The position numbers and the translations under genes were made by a program. This document shows, piece after piece, positions 27,439 through 35,330 of a stretch of 64,000 bases of DNA. The stretch is taken from contig JBGSHV010000015.1 in the NCBI GenBank assembly GCA_041752005.1, positions 22,765 through 86,764 of the forward strand, given 5' to 3'. The notes below the pieces were generated by a model that saw only the letters and a program-made list of their open reading frames with translations, was not told where the DNA came from and did no database searches. How positions within the stretch are numbered: the stretch's first letter is position 1; each line of letters starts with the position of its first letter. The DNA comes from Pirellula sp. Lineage in GTDB: Bacteria; Planctomycetota; Planctomycetia; Pirellulales; Pirellulaceae.

Positions 27439-29724
27439 TTACGGCGTAGGGATAGGGTATTCGCGAGACGGGGAGGATGAGGGATTGTTGTTTTGGACCT
27501 GCAGTGCCAGGCGGACGACACTCCGTTGCTTGCCACCGATGGCTTGTACTGGGATTTCATTGCGTCGCAAGGTCCAGCTCGTAACCGGCTCGGCCACGAA
27601 TCCGAATACAATGGCTCGTTCCAACTTTAGGAGATCGGAACAGTCCAGCTTCGACAAATACCGATGCGACAGTCCGGTGTACGCAGCAGCGCCTGCGGAT
27701 TGATGGAAGCTCAACAGTTCCATCAGTCGCTCAATACTTCCGGTATCCGCTGGGTTCCATTCGACTCCTTGCTCTTCACCTGCAACGAACGTTCGTCGCT
27801 GCAATCGACGAGCGATGTCCTTGGGAATGGTGGTCGTAATAGGCACGCGCTCGCCTGGTCGAATTCGAGCTGGGATGGTGTAGGAGCGGCCTGCGAAGTA
27901 CAGCGTAGCATCGAGCAGCTCGACCCCGAGTGGGTTTGTGAACGAACCTTGGAGTAAATCGTCTTTGCCCGAGATCGTGCTCAATGCATTGCCCCCTTCG
28001 TCCAACTCAATGGATTCACTCCAATCACTGAAGAAGGCCTTCGTCCCAGCGGCTGGAAAACCGATGCCGTCCAGAGCGCTCGAGGAATCGGACGTAGCGT
28101 GCACTTCGTATGCGGGCAGACCTAGTTGCGTTGAGACATTGGAGTCGAATCCGCCGAGGCCTTTTCCTGGTTGTCCGAACCAATCGATGCGATTCGCACC
28201 GGGTTTCGCTTCACGCGTACTCTGGGCCGAAAGCGAGCGATGATGAACGAGAAAATCGTAAATGCCTCGCCGCCCGGAATACGTGTGCGCAAATGCTCGA
28301 CCGTGCAGAGTGTTGGTCTGGTCGTCGACATCGATCAGTTCAACGTAATTGATACTTGGCAAGTCGGGTTTCCAGGCCTGCGTGAGTCCTGAGGCAAAGA
28401 TCATGATCGCCGTTGATGCGATGCACAACGTCCACCAAGTCCAACGAGGCCGTTTCCAATACTTAGACACCACGAAGTAATCGAACGGGCCGATGATGAG
28501 CGCTAATAAACCTGCGATGAGCACGAGTTGCCCGAGGTTACCGAGCCGGAGCGAGGGGAATGCATCGAGCGAAGCGTTCAATTGACCGGATAGATCTTCG
28601 TAGGCGAGAAACGCTTCTATTCCAGGTTTGCCGTCCTTCTTTTCCCATGCCTCTTTGAATAAATATTTCAGCAGACCCGAGCGAGTGTCCCAAGCGAGGA
28701 TTTGAGGGCTATCGAGTTCAGTCGCCATCCACAGGACGTTGCCGAAGCCGTACGCCCAGCGAGCGATGAAGGGCAATTTGACACGGGTGGCAGTGACCGT
28801 TCCCACATCGACACGACCGCTGTTCATACGCAGCAGAGCGCACTCGAGAGGCTGGAGTTGCTGCTGCGATCCGAGTAGCGATTCGATAGGGCTAGGTTCG
28901 CAATCGCTGGCTGTCCCCACCAATTCGCCGGGCAACATGGCCGTGAACTCGGGATACGCGGCGAGCGACGGAGCGCCGCGGCCCCAGGTCAAAACCAGAT
29001 ACCCGCCCGTCCGAACCCAAGACTCGATGGCCTGACGCTGCGGTTCCGTAAAGGACGCATTCAGGTCAGCGTTACTGGACGAAAACAAGATCACGTCCAC
29101 GCCTGCATATGCGGCTGCCTGCGATGCCAATTCCACGGAGCGAGTGAGTTCGGACACACTGTACTCGCCATAGGACAACCCAACCGATTTCATGGCGGCA
29201 TCGGCCAATCGCAACTCGGACCCGATTCCGACGATCCACGGTTGATGGGCGGGTAACGGCGAACCACGTTCGGATTCGGTCAACAATCGATCCACCAACA
29301 GAGCGCCCTGTGGATCGAGCAGTTGGATGCGAATCGGCCGGTTGCTGCGTCCATGCTTGGCGATCACCTCAACGCGCTGGCTGCCGCCATCGGCTAGGTC
29401 GACTGTCCAGGTATCGTTTCGGTAGGTGACCGGGACGCCGTCTCCATCGACCGTCTGGAGTTGCACGGTGGCTCGCAAGGCTTTGGCCGATTGAATGGTC
29501 ACCTCGTGCCGCGTGTCGAAGCCGACCTTCCAAAGTCCCGCCAGACCCGAGGTAACGGTGCACTGAACCGGTGAATCGCTTTGTGCCCACAGTCGCACTG
29601 TATGCCAGAACGGAACGGAAAACATCAAGCAACAAAACAACACTCGCCACAGCCCTGATGGCCGTGGCGAATGCATGGAAAGCTTGGTCTCGCATCCGAC
29701 GTTGAAGATCGGCGGCTGTGTCAT
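27439..29724 (-). CDS. Large hypothetical membrane protein (signal peptide, ~400-aa N-terminal ectodomain, two central TMs, ~300-aa C-terminal domain)
   Basis: Signal-like LWRVLFCCLMFSVPFWHTVRLWAQS. VDVILFSSSNADLNASFTEPQRQAIESWVRTGGYLVLTWG resembles the GATase1-like/GldG-type fold motif. TMs LVLIAGLLALIIGPFDYFVV and WWTLCIASTAIMIFASGL. Start options are 29730 (TTG), 29724 (ATG) and 29676 (ATG). Confidence 0.7.
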   Translation of the reverse strand: MTQPPIFNVGCETKLSMHSPRPSGLWRVLFCCLMFSVPFWHTVRLWAQSDSPVQCTVTSGLAGLWKVGFDTRHEVTIQSAKALRATVQLQTVDGDGVPVTYRNDTWTVDLADGGSQRVEVIAKHGRSNRPIRIQLLDPQGALLVDRLLTESERGSPLPAHQPWIVGIGSELRLADAAMKSVGLSYGEYSVSELTRSVELASQAAAYAGVDVILFSSSNADLNASFTEPQRQAIESWVRTGGYLVLTWGRGAPSLAAYPEFTAMLPGELVGTASDCEPSPIESLLGSQQQLQPLECALLRMNSGRVDVGTVTATRVKLPFIARWAYGFGNVLWMATELDSPQILAWDTRSGLLKYLFKEAWEKKDGKPGIEAFLAYEDLSGQLNASLDAFPSLRLGNLGQLVLIAGLLALIIGPFDYFVVSKYWKRPRWTWWTLCIASTAIMIFASGLTQAWKPDLPSINYVELIDVDDQTNTLHGRAFAHTYSGRRGIYDFLVHHRSLSAQSTREAKPGANRIDWFGQPGKGLGGFDSNVSTQLGLPAYEVHATSDSSSALDGIGFPAAGTKAFFSDWSESIELDEGGNALSTISGKDDLLQGSFTNPLGVELLDATLYFAGRSYTIPARIRPGERVPITTTIPKDIARRLQRRTFVAGEEQGVEWNPADTGSIERLMELLSFHQSAGAAAYTGLSHRYLSKLDCSDLLKLERAIVFGFVAEPVTSWTLRRNEIPVQAIGGKQRSVVRLALQVQNNNPSSSPSREYPIPTP

Positions 29725-29739
29725 CAACAACCCGTCGCC

Positions 29740-30399
29740 TTAATCAAGTCGCTTGACTCGCAAATTACGGAAGTAGGCTTTGCTGCCCGGGTCGTGAGCC
29801 TGCAGAGCAAAAGTTCCGGAATCGAGTTTGCGTGTAAAGTCCGGCCCGGCCTTGTAATCGTCTGGCTCGGTGTACTCCACCAAAGTCTTTCCGTCGACCT
29901 TGAGGGTAACCGTTTTGCCGACAACGATGATTTCTTGCGTGTACCATTCGTTGTCCTTGGCGGCGGGTTCCAAAACATCCTTAACTCCGTACAAGCTACT
30001 CGTCTTGCGGGGGTCCGCGTTGTAGGACAAGTTGACTTGGCATTCGAATCCGTACTTGGGCCAACCGGAATCCTGGTACTTGGTATGGAAGTAGATCCCC
30101 GCATTGCTGTTGGGCTCGACCATCACATCGGCTTTGAAATGAAAGTCCTTGAAGGGCTTGTCATCGCCGACGTAGAAAAGGTGGCTCCGTTCCCCTTGGC
30201 AGACCAAGCAACCGTCTTCGACTTTCCAGCTGCCTTCATTTTCGTTGACTTTCCAGCCCTTCATTGTTTTGCCGTCGAACAAGCTGACGAAGCCTTGTTC
30301 ATCCGTGGTTTTCTTAGGGCTGGACTTCGAACCTTCTTGGGCGACGGCTGGACCGACTGCGAGGCAGACGGCCAACCACAGAAACGTGGATCGCAACAT
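29740..30399 (-). CDS. DUF1080 (3-keto-disaccharide hydrolase-like, concanavalin-type) secreted protein
   Basis: Signal MLRSTFLWLAVCLAVGPAVAQ. GFVSLFDGKTMKGWK, SWKVEDGCLVCQG, FKDFHFKADVMVEPNSNAGIYFH and GTFALQAHDPGSKAYFRNLRVKRL are the DUF1080 pattern. The track extension to 30555 would overlap the cytochrome c gene. Confidence 0.88.
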   Translation of the reverse strand: MLRSTFLWLAVCLAVGPAVAQEGSKSSPKKTTDEQGFVSLFDGKTMKGWKVNENEGSWKVEDGCLVCQGERSHLFYVGDDKPFKDFHFKADVMVEPNSNAGIYFHTKYQDSGWPKYGFECQVNLSYNADPRKTSSLYGVKDVLEPAAKDNEWYTQEIIVVGKTVTLKVDGKTLVEYTEPDDYKAGPDFTRKLDSGTFALQAHDPGSKAYFRNLRVKRLD

Positions 30400-30499
30400 G
30401 GCTGGAATTCTTTCGTGGATTGGGAGAGTGTTTGCAATCGATCCGCGGGGTGCATCCGCAGTAAATCCTTTGGACTTGGATTCAACGGACCGCCGAAGC

Positions 30500-30907
30500 T
30501 TACTTGCCTTTGACGTCGCCGCCGGGCAGAAGACCTTCTTTGATGCGTTCACCAAACGTCTTTTCCGCGCCTTCGGCCTTCTTTTCTTCGACTTTCCTGA
30601 ACAGCGCTTCCACTTCCTTGCGGACCTCTTCCGGAGCTTCCTTGAACCGCTTGGGTGGGAAGGCCTTCTTCAGCAGACCGATTTCCTTGAGGGTTTCCCC
30701 ATACGGATTGTGCTTCTTTTTGTTCTCGCCATCGATGTGGCAAGCATTGCACTTGGCTTCTGCGGCCAGCTTCTTGAAGTCTTCGTTTTCGCTGGACTCC
30801 ACATACACTTTAGCCCACGTTTCGCCGAATTCCTTGATCGCAAATGCGCTCGGGGCAACGACCGATGCAGTCAATCCAACGGCGACGTACATGACGAACT
30901 TTTTCAT
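30500..30907 (-). CDS. Small secreted mono-haem c-type cytochrome-like protein
   Basis: Signal peptide MKKFVMYVAVGLTASVVAPSAFA. Single CNACH (CXXCH) haem-binding motif. Lys/Glu-rich tail. Confidence 0.75.
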   Translation of the reverse strand: MKKFVMYVAVGLTASVVAPSAFAIKEFGETWAKVYVESSENEDFKKLAAEAKCNACHIDGENKKKHNPYGETLKEIGLLKKAFPPKRFKEAPEEVRKEVEALFRKVEEKKAEGAEKTFGERIKEGLLPGGDVKGK

Positions 30908-31006
30908 TCCGATTGTCTTCTCCCTAGTGGATGGCAGGTGGGAATCCCGTTCGAGTACGGAACTTTTCCCAGGGACTTGGCCGTAGCAACCCTCGCCCCC
31001 CCTCTG

Positions 31007-31035
31007 ATTAAAGTACGGGGCATGCGGCCTGTCAA
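31007..31035 (-). promoter_or_regulatory. Sigma70-like promoter TTGACA-N17-TTTAAT upstream of the cytochrome c gene
   Basis: On the minus strand: TTGACA (31035-31030), a 17-nt spacer, then TTTAAT (31012-31007). This is ~100 nt upstream of ATG 30907, in the only sizeable gap heading the minus-strand gene string 24748..30907. Confidence 0.5.
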
Positions 31036-31080
31036 ACCGCGTCCTGGAAGCTCAGGCAACAAATCTATACAAATCCCCGG

Positions 31081-32439
31081 TTACTGGAGAACGGTGGGAG
31101 GCAATCCTGCTTGCATCGGATCTCGGTATGGGGGTGCCGGAGCACCTGCGACTGGGGCCGCGCTCGGATTAACCCCGTAGGTCGGCGGCGGAGGGGTCGG
31201 CGAGTTCTTTCGGAGGAACACCGGAGCGTTGGACGAAATGGCGGAGACGTTGGCGGGTGCTCCACCTGGGGTAGGCATCGTACTGGCCGACTGGGTCGAG
31301 AACATTGTGGTGGGAAATAACGTTTGATTGCCTGTCAGCCAGGCAAACGAAGAGGGGGCCGCTGCGTTGGCTCCAGGCGGATACCCAGCAGGCGGATACC
31401 CAGCAGGTGGATAGCCGTTAGGTGGATAGCCGTTAGGTGGATAGGGCGGCATACCGTTTTGCGGAGTGGGTCCCATAGCGACGAGGGCACTTGGTCCAGC
31501 GGCCGGTGGAGCCAATTGCCCAGCGTAGAATGCTGGGTTCGGAGCCGAGGCGATTGGATTGTAAGCGAGATTGGGCGATGGGACGGGGACTAGGGCAGCG
31601 CTATAGGTGACTCCATTGCCAACCAAGATGCTGCTGGGAGGCGAGGCGATCGTCGTCGGTGGCATGGCGGTGGCGTAACTCGCCATCGTGGCAGGTACTT
31701 GCGAGGACGCAGCGGAAGGGGGACCCGGGGGAACCAAGGTTTGCGGTGCGGTCCAGAGTGCGGGGGATGCCCCCATGGCGAAACTTGGAGTTCCATAGTC
31801 GATCGAGCGGGTAGCGTAGCGAGCCGAAGTCCGATTGGCTTGGGCGACCATGGCCGATTCCTGGACAAGGTTGCTCAGCTTGGGACCGTCCGAAGGGTCT
31901 GAGGTCAGCGGACGATCCACGAAGCGGGCGCGTTGTTCGCTCGCGTTGACCAGTTTGGGCACCATGCGATCGATTTCTCGCTCTTCATACTTTTGGTACG
32001 TAGTCATTTGCATGACTTGCACATTCCGCGGTTGGTATTGCACAATCGGCGCGTATTCCATGATTTGCTGTGGCTGAGCGAACGGGTTCATGCTCGGGAT
32101 GGAACGCGGCTGGAGCTGGTACGATACGATAGAGTCGTAATGGGTCATCGTCGTGGCTTGAGGTTCTTGAACCCAGACCGGAACCCACACGCGTTCCTTG
32201 ACCGCCGTGTATTCGTATTTAGGTACGGTGACAGTTTCGGAGACGACATACCTGCCCCAAAGTTGGCGGGTATGCATGTCGACGAACGTCATGACCGGCG
32301 CGGGAGCCTGGAATTGATCCGCCGCAGCATCAGCACCTTGAGCAACCGCCGTCGGAGCGGACCAAAGCCCAACTACGAAAATGGCGACCACCAAAACCAT
32401 GGCAGAGCCGATTGATTTCCAACTACCCGAATGGTTCAT
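31081..32439 (-). CDS. Proline-rich secreted hypothetical protein with GYPP(N/A) pentapeptide repeats
   Basis: Signal KSIGSAMVLVVAIFVVGLWSAPTAVAQG. The C-terminal half is Pro/Ala/Ser-rich and contains NGYPPNGYPPAGYPPAGYPPG. The start is ATG 32439 or 32448. Confidence 0.6.
   Translation of the reverse strand: MNHSGSWKSIGSAMVLVVAIFVVGLWSAPTAVAQGADAAADQFQAPAPVMTFVDMHTRQLWGRYVVSETVTVPKYEYTAVKERVWVPVWVQEPQATTMTHYDSIVSYQLQPRSIPSMNPFAQPQQIMEYAPIVQYQPRNVQVMQMTTYQKYEEREIDRMVPKLVNASEQRARFVDRPLTSDPSDGPKLSNLVQESAMVAQANRTSARYATRSIDYGTPSFAMGASPALWTAPQTLVPPGPPSAASSQVPATMASYATAMPPTTIASPPSSILVGNGVTYSAALVPVPSPNLAYNPIASAPNPAFYAGQLAPPAAGPSALVAMGPTPQNGMPPYPPNGYPPNGYPPAGYPPAGYPPGANAAAPSSFAWLTGNQTLFPTTMFSTQSASTMPTPGGAPANVSAISSNAPVFLRKNSPTPPPPTYGVNPSAAPVAGAPAPPYRDPMQAGLPPTVLQ
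31376..31447 (-). repeat. In-frame 15-bp tandem repeats encoding GYPP(N/A) pentapeptides
   Basis: The plus strand reads GGCGGATACCCAGCA x2 then GGTGGATAGCCGTTA x2 then GGTGGATAGGGCGGC. Confidence 0.8.
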
Positions 32440-32695
32440 GGGCCTCATCCGTTGCCCCAACACTGGAACCGAATTAAAGCTAGCATCGCGAGAGCTCGTG
32501 CTGCGTTTGCAACAACGGCTCAATCGAGGCCAACTGGTGACGAAGTTGGGTCGTACCTTTTCAGGGCCGCTGACGCAAGGTCTAGTTTCCGCAGATGAGC
32601 GTTGGTTCTACCCCATCGATGGAACGGTCGTGGGCTTACTTCCCGATGAGGCCGTGGTAATCTCGGTACCAATCGACGAAGGCGCGAATCCCTGA
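32399..32695 (+). CDS. Trm112/YcaR (UPF0434)-like small protein
   Basis: LPEWFMGLIRCPNTGTELKL ... WFYPIDGTVVGLLPDEAVV follows the Trm112 pattern (LL.iL.CP....L ... YPi.dGIp.LL.dEA). Start candidates are 32381, 32399 and 32438. The 3' end overlaps the convergent epimerase gene by 60 nt. Confidence 0.55.
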   Translation: MAEPIDFQLPEWFMGLIRCPNTGTELKLASRELVLRLQQRLNRGQLVTKLGRTFSGPLTQGLVSADERWFYPIDGTVVGLLPDEAVVISVPIDEGANP

Positions 32696-33655
32696 CTCGA
32701 TGCTGGTCGAGGGTGAGAAATCAATTTCTTGGCGGAGCGAATCAACGTTGGCATACGTCTCCAGGACATCGCCTGGCTGCATCGGCATGGGGTTGAGTAT
32801 GGCTTTTTTTCCAATGGTCTGTTCGAGGACTTTGATAAACCTCGACAATTCGGTGGGTTGGTGATTGCCGATGTTGTGGATGCGGTACGGGGCTGAGCTG
32901 CGTGCTGGGTTCGGATGTTGGCTATCCCAATCGTTACTCGCTTCGGGGATATGGTCCATCAACCGCACGATGGCCGAGACGATGTCGTCGATATAAGTGA
33001 AGTCTCGCTTCATCCGCCCGTGGTTGTACACGTCTAACGGTCGGCCCTCGAAGATGGCTTGAGTGAATTTGTAAATCGCCATGTCCGGTCTACCCCAGGG
33101 ACCGTAGACGGTGAAGAATCGCAATCCAGTGGTGGGCAATTGGTACAGGTGCGAGTAGCAATGGGCCATCATCTCATTGGCTTTTTTGGTGGCTGCGTAC
33201 AAGCTGACGGGGTGATCGGTGTGTTGCGTCGTGTCGAAGGGCTGTTGCGTGTTGAGTCCATAGACGCTCGAGCTGCTCGCATACAGCAAGTGAGGCACGC
33301 GGTGATGGCGACAGCCTTCGAGGATGGTCAATGTGCCTTCGATGTTGGATTGGGTGTAGGCGTAAGGATTTGACAGCGAGTAACGAACTCCGGCCTGGGC
33401 GGCCAAGTGTACGACGCGTTCGAAATCATGGTTGCGAAAGAGCCCCTCGATTGCGGTTCGATCTTGAAGGGCGATGCGATGAAATTCAAAGCGATCGGAA
33501 TGCAATAACCGTTCGAGTCTCGCTTCCTTGATGCGGACGTCGTAGTAGTCATTGACGTTGTCGACGCCGACGACGTCAAAGCCCGAGTCGAGGCAGCGTC
33601 GCGCGACGTGGAAGCCAATAAAACCTGCGGTTCCTGTGATGAGGATTTTTTTCAT
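32636..33655 (-). CDS. NAD-dependent sugar-nucleotide epimerase/dehydratase (UDP-glucuronate 4-epimerase-like)
   Basis: MKKILITGTAGFIGFHV Rossmann motif, YAATKKANE (YxxxK), HLAAQAGVRYS. The overall pattern is that of extended SDR epimerases. Confidence 0.92.
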   Translation of the reverse strand: MKKILITGTAGFIGFHVARRCLDSGFDVVGVDNVNDYYDVRIKEARLERLLHSDRFEFHRIALQDRTAIEGLFRNHDFERVVHLAAQAGVRYSLSNPYAYTQSNIEGTLTILEGCRHHRVPHLLYASSSSVYGLNTQQPFDTTQHTDHPVSLYAATKKANEMMAHCYSHLYQLPTTGLRFFTVYGPWGRPDMAIYKFTQAIFEGRPLDVYNHGRMKRDFTYIDDIVSAIVRLMDHIPEASNDWDSQHPNPARSSAPYRIHNIGNHQPTELSRFIKVLEQTIGKKAILNPMPMQPGDVLETYANVDSLRQEIDFSPSTSIESGIRAFVDWYRDYHGLIGK

Positions 33656-33667
33656 AGAGTCAATGGG

Positions 33668-34219
33668 TTAGAGCGACGGAATAGGCAGGTGTTGCAGGAA
33701 TGGGTGAGGCGGTCGAGGTCGATGACCGCCGCGCTGAGTCGCAATGCGAATCCATGACTCCAGCGAGCGTGCGTTGTGGAGGACACCTGCCACCCTCCAG
33801 GAGGTGGACCAAGCCAAATCGTGTTCTCCATGGTCCTTCCAACTCCAAAGGAGCCGGATCTGGTCTGGTGCATTCAGTTCCAAGTCGTGCCTGTTCCAAT
33901 CCTTCGATCCGAGTTTCTCGATGCAAGCCAACAGGACGGCGCGATCGATCACGATGATATCCGCCAGCGGAACACTGTCGGCCAGGGGAACACGGTCGGC
34001 CAGGGGAACACGGTCGGCCAGCGGCACACTGTCGGGCCATCGATCGCACCAAGGCCATTGATCACTGGTCCATGGTTCTGCCGACCAGGACAATTCGCAG
34101 TCGACTGCATCGGCGCGATTCCGCGCGCTGCGTTCATCTTCAGCCCGACGGCGTATCATGGCGGAATGCATGGGCTCCAGCCCGATCATCCGCCAGCGCT
34201 GCACGCGAGGATCGGGCAT
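33668..34219 (-). CDS. Trp-rich hypothetical protein containing four D(S/R)VPLA hexapeptide repeats
   Basis: ATG 34219 lies 1 nt after the manA stop, and the stop at 33668 is 12 nt before the epimerase start, so this is an operon position. Codon usage looks coding (CTG/GCC/GAC/ATC). The globular-looking segment is IIVIDRAVLLACIEKLGSKDWNRHDLELNAPDQIRLLWSW. No family recognised. Confidence 0.5.
   Translation of the reverse strand: MPDPRVQRWRMIGLEPMHSAMIRRRAEDERSARNRADAVDCELSWSAEPWTSDQWPWCDRWPDSVPLADRVPLADRVPLADSVPLADIIVIDRAVLLACIEKLGSKDWNRHDLELNAPDQIRLLWSWKDHGEHDLAWSTSWRVAGVLHNARSLESWIRIATQRGGHRPRPPHPFLQHLPIPSL
33963..34034 (-). repeat. Four 18-bp tandem repeats in A-B-B-A' order
   Basis: GCCAGCGGAACACTGTCG, GCCAGGGGAACACGGTCG x2, GCCAGCGGCACACTGTCG. 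They encode DSVPLA-DRVPLA-DRVPLA-DSVPLA on the minus strand. Confidence 0.85.
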
Positions 34220-34220
34220 C

Positions 34221-35216
34221 TCAGCGGCGCTCCACAAAATCGGTCCTGGGTGGCATGGCAATCAACGCGGTGGTGTCGGGGTGCAACTTCAACACGGCAT
34301 CCTCGCATGCAGTCGGTATCAATACCGATTGACCTTGGACCAAGTCCAGGCTGCCCCGGTCCGTCTGAATCTCGGCCGAACCTAAGGGGATGGTGACGAT
34401 GGCGAACCGTTTGGTCGGTAAAGGCAGGGGTGATTCTCCGAGGTATTCGAGCAATTGAAATTTGTCGCAGTCCACGAGCAGCGTGGGTTGATCGGCCGAG
34501 CGCGTCGGTCGCGTCACGGCTTCGACCGGACCGCGCTCGTAATCGATCACCTCCAAGGCTTGTTCGATATGCAGCTGCCTCGGATGGCCATCGCGGTCGA
34601 CACGATTCCAATCAAAAATCCGGAATGTGCAATCGCTGGCCTGCTGAATTTCGGCCACCATCAGTCCCTCGCCGAGTGCATGAGGGGTACCGGCGGCAAT
34701 GAAGATGCAGTCGCCGGGACGGGGGTAGAGGGTGTGCAAGCAGTCCTCGGTCGTCCCTTGTTGGATGGCACGGCGCAGGTAATCTTGGTCGATCCCCGGT
34801 TTAAGCCCGGCGTAAAGGACCGCTCCAGGTTCGGCCTCGACGATGTACCAAGCCTCGGTTTTGCCGAGATCGGGCTGAGGCATTTTGGCTCCATAGGCAT
34901 CGTCCGGATGGACTTGAACGCTCAGCACGCGTTGGCAATCCAGGTATTTTAAAAGCAGCGGAAAGCGCTCGCTGGGATTGTTTCGCCCCAAGATTTCATG
35001 GGGATGGGTTTCGATCAACTGACGCAGCGACCAGCCCTCGAAGGTGCCACTGGCTACGATCGATTCCCCTTCTCGATGATCAACCACCTCCCAACTTTCC
35101 GCCCAAATCCCGTCCTCAGGTAGATTCTTGCCGAGCCGATGAGCAAGCCGCCTGCCTCCCCAGATGTAGGAACGGAGCAGCGGCATAAAATGAAGCGGTT
35201 GATCCGGAACAAACAT
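34221..35216 (-). CDS. manA: Class I mannose-6-phosphate isomerase
   Basis: LLRSYIWGGRRL, LSVQVHPDDAYG (zinc-ligand motif), EAWYIVEAEPGA, FIAAGTPHALGEG cupin motifs. The start is ATG 35216 or TTG 35240. Confidence 0.85.
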   Translation of the reverse strand: MFVPDQPLHFMPLLRSYIWGGRRLAHRLGKNLPEDGIWAESWEVVDHREGESIVASGTFEGWSLRQLIETHPHEILGRNNPSERFPLLLKYLDCQRVLSVQVHPDDAYGAKMPQPDLGKTEAWYIVEAEPGAVLYAGLKPGIDQDYLRRAIQQGTTEDCLHTLYPRPGDCIFIAAGTPHALGEGLMVAEIQQASDCTFRIFDWNRVDRDGHPRQLHIEQALEVIDYERGPVEAVTRPTRSADQPTLLVDCDKFQLLEYLGESPLPLPTKRFAIVTIPLGSAEIQTDRGSLDLVQGQSVLIPTACEDAVLKLHPDTTALIAMPPRTDFVERR

Positions 35217-35330
35217 GGATTGCCAAATCGCCTTGGACAAACAAAGCTGGAACTAGTTGAACATCGAGTTTTCGTCCCCAGACGGTTCCGACAACTCCCA
35301 ACCCCATTGTAACGAGAGGATTCGCACCCG

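Noticed and set aside
29671-31180. Two long plus-strand ORFs (29671..30513 and 30245..31180)
   Set aside because: They are antisense to the DUF1080 and cytochrome c genes and to the promoter region. The minus-strand products have signal peptides and family motifs, and the plus-strand products have none.
33963-34034. Possible CRISPR-like arrays (also 37110-37177 and 15399-15458)
   Set aside because: The units are 6-18 bp and directly abutting, with no spacers, and no cas genes are present. These are simple tandem repeats.
33776-34396. 206-aa plus-strand ORF across the 18-bp repeat region
   Set aside because: It overlaps the 3' end of manA on the opposite strand and has a GTG start and no operon logic. 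The minus-strand ORF fits the manA-epimerase gap to within a few nucleotides. This remains unresolved without coding-potential statistics.
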